From Azolla caroliniana (Eukaryota > Plantae > Polypodiophyta): 64,000 bases of DNA. This document shows, piece by piece, positions 48,561-60,174 of the stretch (positions are counted from its first letter, which is position 1; each line of letters opens with the position of its first letter). The notes beneath the pieces are model-generated. The model was not told where the DNA came from. It saw only the letters and a program-made list of their open reading frames with translations, and made no database searches. Both the position numbers and the translations under genes were made by a program. Location of the stretch: assembly GCA_043228905.1 (NCBI GenBank), contig JBHGNT010000003.1, forward strand, positions 17,856,001 to 17,920,000, in the 5' to 3' direction.

Positions 48561-50081
48561 ATCCCCACCCATCCAAAAGTTATCGTTTAACAATCAATCA
48601 ATGTTCTAACTACAACAAAATATTACTAAATTCTTGACCAAATTTAACTAGCATTTAACATTTATTAAGTTCCCTTCATTAAAGGTTAAACAATGCCAAA
48701 TTGAACAACACAATGAATTGTACGGCAAAGCATGAGGTGAAAATTTTGCTATTATTGAAGACCCTATTTGACCAAACACATTAGTCCTCGCAAATTTTCA
48801 TCTTAGTACAATTCTCAAATTTAGATACATGTATATGTGAATGATTGTTGATTTACTGTTTCCATCCAAGTGCTCATTTATATAGGGGCTATAAATGTGT
48901 TTAATCGATCTATAGTTATGGTCGTTCATAAGTCAAGTCCTAATCTCTGACAACAAACTCCCACGTATTGAGTTTTGGAATAATTATCAAATAAATGAGT
49001 CTAGTAAACCTAGAAATTCAATCGTGGTGGTTTAATGGTCTACATTGTTAAGGTTGTGGGTTCAAGTTTGTAACAATGGGTATAGTGTTTCATGAATTTC
49101 TGGGGCTATTTGCAACAATTAGTGAGTGGCTCTACTCCAAGTCTATGCAACCCTAATTCCAAGATTTAGCTTTATTAAGGGCTTGAGAGAAGGTTTAAAT
49201 TCTCATAATTGTCTCTTATATTTAGGATTTCGCAATTAGTATCTTACTCTTGTCAAGTTTCAAAGTTGAGCTTACCCAGGCACACGATTAAGATCCCACA
49301 ATTATGGTTCCATTGTTAGTCCTCTCCCCTAAATAGGATTTAGAAACAACTAAATGTCTTAACCATGACTCTATTAATTAGTGCACAACCCTAACTATGG
49401 TTTAAGAGAACCCGACTAGGGGTTTTAATGAGAAAGTGCCCAATGCTATAACTAGTTAATAGTGAGAATTTAGTGTTCCAACTAAGGGTAATAAGGACCC
49501 ATTGCTAAGGTTTTAGAGACCTTAGATTTAATACTACTTGAGAACCTTGAGGCTCACTTATTTAACATCTAGACCGCACATTGCAAACGCAATCCCTAGT
49601 TTGCCAAGAAAGGAAGACAATTTGTTTACAAAGAGAACTATACGTTGAACTTTGCTTCCTTGAAGCCCCCAAATGACCAAACTATTACCCCTCTGGAACG
49701 TTGCTTCCTTGACCCCATCTAAATGACCCCCAAATCGTTTTTGTTTTCGGTTTGATACTCGATGATCAACGAGACTAGAAGCCGAACAAACAAAAGAGGA
49801 TCCGAACCCTCAGCTGAACCGCCTCGTACATGTGTATGCTTTCAAGTGCCTTCGAGTAGTCAACGATAGTCCATGGTGATCCACACAAAACATTCATTAT
49901 GAAGAAACTAAAAAGGAGAGAGGGGGGGGGGGATAGGGAGAGAGGAAAAAGGGATGAGATGCAACAAAATGGACGAACGAGATGGAATACGCGGTAAGAA
50001 GACGCCTAGATGTGTGTGTGCGTGGCATGGATAATGTAAGAAGAAGTAGTAGTAGGAGTAGGAAGAGAAAAAAGCATATAC

Positions 50082-50118
<37 letters not shown>

Positions 50119-50492
50119 AGAAATGAAGCGTGAAATGCACTCCTCGATGTGTTGAGCGACTCCATAAGCAACCTTTTATATCATTTTTGATTATTTATGT
50201 ATATATATTATATGTTCTATCCTCTCTTTTTATTTTATGGCTTCGCCCTTTCTTCTTTCTACCCCCCCCCCCCCCTCCAAAAAAAAGCGCACGTTGAAAT
50301 TGAGGGTTCGTTCCCCCTTTCCTTCTTCCTTTCTTCAGTTCTGGAAAACAAATTAAAAAAAAAAGGGAGGGGGAGGGGGCAAGATTAAAAGCATTTAAAT
50401 AGAAAGAAATTGGAAAAAAGGGCATCACAATTGTGTGTCTCTCATTCCCTCGTGTTCTGAATGTGTATATATCTCCTATATACCTCCTCTCT

Positions 50493-50780
50493 ATATATGT
50501 ATGTATATATAAATACATGTACATACTTATATCATATATGTATGTATATATAAATACATGTACATACTTATATCATATATGTATCTATATATAAATACAT
50601 GTACATACTTATATCATATATGTATCTATATATAAATACATGTACATACATATATATGTGTAGTATATACATATATATATGTACATATAGTATACATACA
50701 TACATACATACGGATATGTATGTGTATGTATATACATATACATATACTACGCATGCATACATACATACACAGATACATAG
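50493..50780. repeat. 41-bp AT-rich tandem repeat (~3.7 copies) followed by (TA/CA) microsatellite
   Basis: AAATACATGTACATAC starts at 50511, 50552, 50593 and 50634. Confidence 0.85.
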
Positions 50781-51747
50781 ACGCTAGAAAGTGACCCTCG
50801 ACGCGGGGTTTCTTCGAGCCTTCGCCCATTTTCTTAATTAATTGTCTCGCTCCCCATTTCTTTATTATTTACTTTCTCCTGTCCTTCTTCTTCCCGTCTA
50901 ATAATTCTCTCTCTCTTTCTCTCTCTTTCTCTCTCCTTCCTCCCCACCTTCGCAATTTAAAAGAGCCCCAAATTTTAGCCCTCCCCTCAGCTTACCTTAA
51001 CTCGCTCCTCCTCCCCTTAATCACCCCCCTTAATCACCCCCCTTAATCACTCCTCATCCCCCCCCCCCCCCCCCCAAATAAACATACCCCTTAATCACCC
51101 TCTCATCTTTCCAATTCTCTCCTCACCCACTCCTCATAGACAATCTCCTCCTCACCCACTCCTTAATCTCTCCTTAATCTCTCCTTAAATCTCCCCCCAT
51201 CTTCATTTAATCTGTTCTACACTAACTAAACCAGCCACCACTCATCTTCTGAACCTAAATTGAACGAACTCATCAAGCCTCTGCTAACTCACTCTTCTGA
51301 TCTCTCCGTAATTGCCTTAATCTCGTTCCCCTTTCCTAATTATCCTCGTAAACTCTCCCCTCCTTCACACTCTACAGCTTTCTCTTTAGGAGACATCTTT
51401 AGTTACATCACTCACCGATAGACACAGATACCTAGACTTAATCCTTCATTAATTTCTCCCCTAATCACCCCGCTGGTTAACCTCAATTATATTTATATAT
51501 ATCTAGATTCTAACCCGTTAATTAGGCTCAATTACCAGCGCACAGTAAGCTCTCAAAATCGATGAGCACATCTTAATCACGTTGCAGACCAGGTCTTTTT
51601 AACTAGACTCAGCTACCTGCTACTAAATTAGCGTTAATCTAATCCCACTGTAATTTTTTTCCCGATCGTCCTTTTCATATTAGATCTGCTGCTGAATCCT
51701 AAACTTGTATCTGTATTCTCCATCCATCCAGAATCTCCCAAACTTAT

Positions 51748-52816
51748 ATGGCCTTTCCATATGTCTTCCAAAACAATGAAGACAATGAGGATCAGGCATC
51801 AGGCGAGCTAGTTAATGGTCTACAAATACACCACAATTGCTCCATAAAATCTCACGATTTCGAATACGAGGACCAGGAATCAGGTAAGATAGTAAATGGT
51901 CTGCAGATCAACCACAATTTCTCCATCTCTCAGGATTTCGAATACGAGCACCATCGCTATATCAATTACGATCAGAGTTACAGTAGCTCCGCTGTCACAG
52001 GGACCCCCGACTTCCCAGACCTCGAAGAACTGGTCTCTCTGCTCATCAACGACGACCTCCCCATCAAAACCAATCACTGCAGATCTAACAGTCATCACGA
52101 AGAAGAAGAAGATTATTCGGCGGGCGAAGATCTTGCAGAAGATAGCCCGGCAGAGGCATCTATAGAAATCAATCCGGTTGTGAGTAGGAATCATGAGAAT
52201 GGAAACCCTAATCTCCATTTGAATTGTGAATCTTATACTGGTGATAATTATGAGCAATTTAATCCACACACCCATGATGATGATCTTTACCATCATCATC
52301 ATCATCATCATTATCATCGTCATGATCCTGTATCATCATCACCATCACCATCACCCACCATCAATCCCAGCCATGATGAAATGCATGGCAATTGGATGGG
52401 CATGCACACCAATCATCATCATTATCATGCTTCCATGGCGCAGCTTCCTCTACGAGTACCTCCTCCTCCTCCGGCGGTGGCGGCTGCACCTCTTTACAAT
52501 GATGGCCCAATGACGCTTAGCTTCGCCCAACAGCCATCGCCATCGCCATATGAGACCTCAAACTGTAGCTTCACTGCAAGTAGCTATGGGAGCTACCATA
52601 ACATTGCGTCGCCTCTCGATGTCTCGAGTTCCCCAATTGGGTAAGTTTGGTTCCTCCTTCACTTCACTATACAGTCAGGCTAGTTAGTTAGTTCCAACTA
52701 AGTCCTTCACTTCTCTACTCAATGCTAGTTAGTTCCAATTAAGTCCGTCCTTCTTCACATATGTTAGTTAGTTCTACCTAAGACCTTTGGACAACCTTAT
52801 AGTTACTAGTTGCCTC

Positions 52817-52871
<55 letters not shown>

Positions 52872-53914
52872 CCATCTACACCAACTAACCCTTGTCCCAA
52901 CAAAACACTTTCACACTCGTCCTCGACACCCTCATGCGTGGCTCACACTTTTCCGTTGCTTACTCCTGAGCCCTACTATACGCATCATCTGTGCTTCTTC
53001 GTTCACAAATGTAAATTCCCTATTTAGCTTTTATTTCGATCCGCTCTTTGTAATCACAACATTGGCGCACACGGAGCTTTGCGATAACTGCTACGTAAAG
53101 GTATGATTGCCTCCATTTTCGGCCTTGGCTAGGTTTTCATGTATAGTTATAGCCGATGTTGCCTACATTGTGGGTTTTGCTTTGCACAAGACCTTGGTAG
53201 GATCCATGTAGCATTGCATTATATCTAGCTACCTAGTGAAGCCATCTGACGACAACAACGAATTTAACGTCTAGTCTAGCATCCATTTATCATGCTTAGT
53301 TAGATGGTGGTGTAGTGACATCGCCCATTTTTGCATATCTAGCTAGATGTGCACCATCTTATTACAAAAAGTTCCTTGTGACACATTCATGTGCTTCGTT
53401 GTATACCCTGAGTCAATGAAGGTTTATTGAGTTTGACTTTTCTTTATAGTTGTACATATTGAGTTGACGAAGGCTCATTGGTTTTGACTTGGCTTTGTAG
53501 GACCTCAAAAAAACGTAAAGCAACAAAATCTGCTATTGATGATTGTTTCGAAGACCATGAGAGAATTGGCATCATTGTGCAAACTATTAATCTCAGTCTA
53601 CCTGATGGTTATGTTTGGAGAAAATATGGACAGAAGATTATAAAGCATGAAGAGCATTCAAGGTATGATGCCATTTGATGTTAGCTTAAGAGAGCTTGAG
53701 AGAATTAAAATTTGACATGATTAACAAATCAATGAAGTGTGAGCATGATCTCATGGCTATTAAATTACTTAAATCCGTGTTTGGTGATCACAGAAGCTAT
53801 TACAAGTGCGCACATGATGGATGCACAGTTAAAAAGCACATACAACAACAATCAAAGAGTGAAGTAATGTTTACATATGAAGGAAAACATAATCATCCTG
53901 CACCCAACTCATAA
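51748..53914 (+). CDS. WRKY: WRKY transcription factor with a single C-terminal WRKY domain (C2H2, group IIc-like); exons 51748-52640, 53501-53662, 53794-53914; ~391 aa
   Basis: DGYVWRKYGQK and SYYKC-x4-C...YEGKHNH. GT-AG introns are in compatible phase, including the conserved R-type intron. Total CDS is 1176 nt. Confidence 0.93.
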
Positions 53915-54609
53915 CATTGTCAAGTGGAGATTGATTAATCTTCAAGTGGATGGCGAACAAGTATCAACTAGTGTACACTCATAAGCATTGAATGAACTTT
54001 GGTGGGTATAAGGTTGGTAGTATTTTTCAAGTCGTTTCAATTTAGGAACCAAGCCAAAAATAGTGTGCTTGACCTTGCCATACTAGCATATGGCATGTAC
54101 TCTATCATCACTTACAATCTTATAAATCATTTGTCGACTTAAAGTTGCGGCTTGTAAATATTCCGCACTTTGTTTCTTCAACATATTCATGTCAGTTTAT
54201 ATTTTACGACATCTTGTTCTGGCACACATAATCAACCTCCATCTTTCTTTTATAAATCTCATCATTGTTAAGGGTTACTATTAATTACTATGTTAAGGTC
54301 TAGGAATCACTATAAAATTAGAATTGACATGTAGTAAAGTAGTGTAGTGTCTTTTCTTATAAACCTCTTACTTTATTAATGTACATTTTTGTGCTTAGAT
54401 TGCACATGTATGCACACAGAGATAAGCCTCGACATGGTAATGAAGACCACATCATGATATTTTAAAACATAATTTAAATGATTCCTCAAAAGCATCAGGA
54501 AAGGTAAACTTCTTTTCTCTTGTGCATTTGTCATGAAAACACCATTGACCTTGTTTAGCAATATGTTGAGGTGTTTAATATGTTTATACAAGACCATGAG
54601 TAGTGGTGG

Positions 54610-54643
<34 letters not shown>

Positions 54644-56065
54644 CCCTATACTTTTTCCATAACAATAGATTAATGCATTTTTGTAAGTTTTTGTTCTATT
54701 TTGGCCTTTGAGGGCTACTTGAGAAGTGTGTTTTTGTCCCTTGCTTTCTTTCATAGTACTAGGGGAGTGTAATCTATATCTTTGTTTCAATCTCATAGGG
54801 AATATTTCTCCTTTAGAAACGTTAATACATGTGTGTGTGTGTGTGCATGTGTGTCTTTGAACAATTGTGTGTGGGAATACAAGTCAATGGAATAAAACAT
54901 TAAAATCACCTTTATCTTCCTCCTCACCTATAAGGCCTATAGTAAAGTCTTTACTTTTTAATAGTAGATTAAGTTTGTATCGACGGAAGTAAAATCAAAT
55001 GAGAATGATGTATGTGAATCAATGATTGCAATCCTAAGGAAAAGTGACAGGAGGGATCGATGATTGATACTCCAACATGGCACCAAAGCTTTAGAGGTTT
55101 TGTAGTTATATATAAAAGTTATGGAAGGAGAGATAGGTGTAAAATTGGAGGTGATTAAACAAGGTTTGTGTTTACTCACGCAGTGGAATGAAAGACAATG
55201 GTGACTGCAATTGGAAGGGGGACATACTCCTGTTGGAGTGAACTGAAACTCGTACTAGGGACAAGCCACAACTACTTGCAATTTAGAAGGAAAGTTCAAG
55301 GAGATGAACTAGATGCCATGGAAGTTCAAAACATCCACCACAATGGACTCATAGGAGCTTCAAAAAGCTATTAAACTCAATTTAGAGGTCATGCAAGTGG
55401 AACCAATAGATTCAAAGAACTTGGTGGTCATGATTCCTTCAACCAGCATGGAATCCCTTGCATGGAAATGATGTAGTGCAAACATTCTTCATATAATTGT
55501 GAGGGAGAATTGATTCCATGTTGGAACTAGTTGACCACATGTTGAAGGTGGTGAATGTGTAGAGGATCCTTCAAGACTATTCTACTTTAGGGTTGTTAGG
55601 GTTTTATGGGACTTTGAGTAAGGAGCGAAACTTAAGGTTGAGGGTTTGTTCTTATTGTATGGAGGAACATGAGAGGCAAAGCATGATGATTTTTAGAGGA
55701 GAGAAGGCGAAATGAGAGGAGTGAAAAGCTACATCAACAAAAGGTGAGGCAACCATTTGTCAAAGCTCAAGCTATGAAACTTGGAGGACTTCCTACTATT
55801 TCATTTCCTTTGTAATCCCACAATAGTTTCCACAATTGTAAATAATCTTTAATTATTTTTGTTCTTAATCATATATTCATTGTAGTTGAATATTGTTAGT
55901 TTGAAATCCCCTTTTCTTTCATTCCGTGATTGTGTATGTAACCATTAAGACAGAGTGCAAGGTTCAGTTTGCATCATACTGAGGAAAGTCGTTGAAAGGG
56001 GTTGGCAAGTCAAGTGAGCTAAATACACGAGTTTTTAGATGAGGCATGAGAGGAGCCTAGTGAGT

Positions 56066-56161
56066 TGTAATGAGTTACGTATGTGGAAGCTAACAATAGA
56101 CACAACCGAACACCAAAAGATAGTTAGGGAAAACACAAAGATGGAGAATAGATAGAGAAGG

Positions 56162-56218
<57 letters not shown>

Positions 56219-57813
56219 AGACAACAAAAATATTATTCAAAATAATAACACTCTATACATACAATGTGCTCAATGAGCACTTTTTATACAAGCCTTGACA
56301 TCGGCCTGACACAAGTACTGACACGTACTTGAATGCTCATAAAGAGCATATGATGTTGAATTCCTAAAATATACCCATTACTATTAATAGGAATATAGGA
56401 CCTAACGGCATGCCGGCTTATTCAGCCACTCTAGTATTTGGCTTTTGCAATGGATCCTCCTCAACCGATTCGGTTGTTGGCTTCTTAAGCGATCCGGCTC
56501 TTGTTGAGCATGTATCTCAGTACTCCCCCTCAAGCTCAACTTAAGGTTCCTCGTTAGCTTCAGCTAGTCCATCACTCCAGCCTCTCCTAGCTTCACGCCT
56601 CTTTGCTCGTGCTCATTGGCCCGTTCGGTCCTGCGCTCCTCGACCCATTTGGTCAGCTTGCTTGCTCCCAAGGCCCTCGATGGCTTTCTCCTTGCCTCTT
56701 CGGATTTTGTGCCCTTTGACCCGTCAGCTCCTTCGTATCGGTGTCGACTTCGACTGCCTACTTATCCTTTTGGGCTTCATATGATTCGACTCGTCCCAAT
56801 CAAACCCTTTCTCCAAATTGGCTGTCTCCGATTCGTCTTCACCATTAATAGAATCGGTTGTCTTCGGTTCGTCTTTAGTCGAAACATATTGCAGTTCCAC
56901 TTCACTAGAGAGGACATGCTCATGCAAGCAGTGGTAATGCACTTCGATGTGCTTTGTCTGAGAGTGGAAGATAGGGTTCTTAGCAAGCTGGTATGCTGCT
57001 GAGGTTGTCACAGTAGATCGTCGTCGGATCAGACACCCCCATTGTGTCACAACACAATGAGCCAAATGGCTTCGCATGTCACGACATCCACTCCTCTGTA
57101 CTCGGCCTCAGTGGTAGACAATGCCACTATCAGCTTCTTTTTGTTGTAGTAGGTGATCGCCAACTCCCCAAGGAGAATGCAAACCCTGATGTCGATTGAT
57201 GATCACCTGCGGTTCCGGCCCAATCAACGTCTGTGAAGCCAACTAGTTGTTCGGCTACACTTGTCCGATATAGCATCCCACGATCCTTCATGCCACTCAC
57301 ACAACACAATATCCGATGTGCACACTGAAGGTGATTGGTCGTCGACTGTGACATGAATTGATTGATCAAGCTGATCGGATAGCTGAGGTCCAGCCGGGTG
57401 ATAGTTACGTAGATGAGGCTTCCGACAATCTACCAAAACCGTGTCGCGTCCCAAGCTGACCTTGATCCCGTGATGAAGCTTGACATTCCTGTCAAGAGGA
57501 GTTGAGATGGATTTACAATTTGTCATGGTGAACTTGAAGAGCATATTCAATACATAACGTCATTGGCTGATCATATGCCTTTCAGGATTCAGAACACATC
57601 GATCCCGAGGAAGTAGTTAAGGTCAACCAAGTTCTTCATCTCGAATGATGCCACCAACTAAGACTTGATGTGGCCGATTTCCTCTAGGTCGGTGCCGACG
57701 ATGACTAGATCATCAACATATAACAATATGCTAACCGACCCGTGCCAACCTTGTTGAATGAACAAGGACGAGTCCAACTTAGATGGAGAAAATTCCATCT
57801 TACGTAGGCGTTG
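56066..57813 (-). mobile_element. 3' part of a degenerate copia (3' LTR 56066-56522 with (GA)n, PPT, RNase H/RT fragments)
   Basis: GFTDVDWAG and KHIEVHYH fragments. LTR is homologous to 38237-38627. CTCCCCCTCAAG PPT complement from 56523. Confidence 0.8.
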
Positions 57814-60174
57814 TGTTACTCCTGGGCCGGACTAGCCACTAACACAGGGTGTCCTTCCGGATCACTTCACCAAAGGGGTGGTTACAGTAAGGATTTTCGA
57901 CTCCGATAGACTTCAATTGGTTAACGTCCGGTGGAGATCCGATTCACAACACATAGTGTTACACGCGTAAGATCAATACATTAAACATAGGACGGAATGA
58001 AGATCAGATAGACAATAATAACACGCTCTTATATTAATGTTCTGTCGTTCATACAATGATATCCGGATCCTTTTATAAGCATCTGGTCTGTGCTATAAAA
58101 CAGTGCCTAACCAGAAATCGGCTATGAATCGGTCCAGATCCGAATCGGCATACCTCTTCCGGATCCGTCCGTTCCTAACATAATTCTTAGTTATTTAATT
58201 ATATTTCTAGGAACCAGCTCACCTCTTCCTCCTTCCATACTTGGCCACCAATGGCCAACACATGGCACGCCCGTGGGAAAGTACATTGTACGTTGAACCC
58301 ACGTGTTAGCTCTACTATTCTTCATCAAGTATGTCCAGAATGCTCTGGTCAAGGGGTTCCTCACTTTCCCGCACTTGCTTTGGCTCTTGTTGCTGTGGTT
58401 GTTGCCTCCCTCCTCCGGCAGCTGCGTCTTCTTTGGCTTCATCTACTCTCACTTTCGCTCTTTCCACTTCTGGTTGCTCCCATTCGACTTTTGCTGCATG
58501 TTCCGGTACGGTCTTTCCCGGTTGATCCATTCTGGCTTCATCCGGCTGCATTCCTCTGGCTGGATTTGGTGGCTGCTCCAGAGATTGCTCTCCATCACTT
58601 ATGTTGATCGCCACTGTCCTTCGCGATGCCTCCTGTTGTCTATGCTTCCGTTCGAATTGCTCGAATTGGAGTTGAGTTTTGAGCTGGTTATCATCTAACT
58701 ACTCCACCAGCAGTCTTACAACCGCTAGTTGTTCTCCTGCCAGGGACAAAAAATCGTCCGACTTCTCTTCCCGGATGGTTACAATACTCTCCGCATCCAT
58801 CTTATAGAAGTTGTCACCGTCCTTTCTCCGGTTCTTAGCATCCGCTTGCAGAGTCTGTAATTGCGCCGCCTATTGTGCCCATTTTGACCACCATTGCTTT
58901 GAGCGTTCATCAATCATACTCTTTGTCCTTGCTTTCCATGCTAGCACAATGACACAAATCCGGTTGAGCCCCATCTTCGATTTGTCCTCCGCGGCCTGCT
59001 TTTCCTCCTTTAGCTTCTTTATCAAGCCCGCGGTTGCCTGTGCTTGCACCCCATATTCCATCAATTGAGTCTGATAAGTTTTCTAAACCCTATTCAAAGC
59101 CAATTTTGCTCGTTCCATCTCTTCATAGTGTTGTCCGGTGAGCACCATCCTTTCCCTTGCCGCTTCCTCTAGCAACTTTGCCGACTCAACCGTCTTCGTT
59201 CGTTCTTTTGCCAACGCATCCGCTTTCTTGGTTACCTCATTCCGGAGTTCTCTAATATTCTCCTACTGCTAGTCATATTCCGCCATCAACTTCTTGTGCT
59301 CTGCATCCAAGTGCTTGTGATCCTGGTGTAGTCTTTCAAAGTCCTCGGTCTTCTGATTTAACCTCTGGTTGATTTGACTTCTTGCTCGGTCTTCTCTATC
59401 TTTCTATTGTCGGAGCTCTTCTTTCAGTCGTTCAATCTCTCCTTCTACCATCCGGTGCAACTTGTCTTTCTCTTGCAGGAGTTTGTCTTTTTCCTCTTTT
59501 AACCGGTTGTTGGCTGCCTGAGTCTTTTGGAGGTTTTCTTCTATTTTTCGCTTCTCCTCCTCCGTTGTCTTCTTTTGCTCCCTTTCTCTGGCCCCCAAGG
59601 CCTCCTAAGCTGCTAACTCCTCCCTTAGGTTGGAGAGTTCCTGTTCTCGTGCATTTCTACTTTCCGGTTCTGTAAAAACTACTGGTTCCCTGCTTGTTTG
59701 TAAATTAACCGGTGCCACCGGTTTTGATATAGTTGGCCCAGTAAGGACCTCCCTAGATGCGTCTGCCTTGGCCTTCTCTAGGTCTTCTTCCAAGCTCCCA
59801 ATTCGTGCCCATGCCTTCTCCAATTCCTCGGTTGTGGCTAACCACCGGTCCCATTGCGCTTTTTCTTCTTCTTCTATTCGGCTCACCACCCCAGCCACCT
59901 GCTCTCCGATCCAACGCAACCATTGACTACCGGTGCCTTGTTGACTCGCCGGTTCCGGTTCCGGTGTCGACTTTGGTCTCGCCTCGAGCTCTTGTTGTAC
60001 TATTGTCTCCGACAACAACTCTTGTTCTTGCTGCGCCTGTCGACCTGGTGTGATGTGTAGTTTCGTCACCGGTTCTGGTATAACCGGTACCACTACTTCT
60101 GGTCGAACATGACCGGTCTCCTGCCTTGGCTCTCGTCCCTTGGCGCGGGGAGTTGGTGTACTGTTCTTCTCCGG
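57814..60174 (-). mobile_element. 3' end of a probable gypsy element: LTR 57814-58180 plus a coiled-coil extra-ORF region
   Basis: TGTTA...TAACA termini with a minus-strand TATAAAA. E/K/Q-rich minus-strand frames 58315-60093. It interrupts the copia RT. Confidence 0.6.

Noticed and set aside
49028-49070. Further A/B-box-like pair TGGTTTAATGG / GGTTCAAGT
   Set aside because: Spacing is only ~31 nt, the B box is weak, and no element boundaries were found; at most a decayed SINE head.
49908-50829. Short ORFs rich in Y/I/H/T
   Set aside because: Microsatellite translations.
53430-53492. W-box (TTGACY) copies in WRKY intron 1 suggesting autoregulation
   Set aside because: Only two or three hexamers in AT-rich DNA; not distinguishable from chance without statistics.
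54900-56065. Possible decayed TE coding sequence downstream of WRKY
   Set aside because: No recognisable motif, termini or sustained frame could be established by eye.
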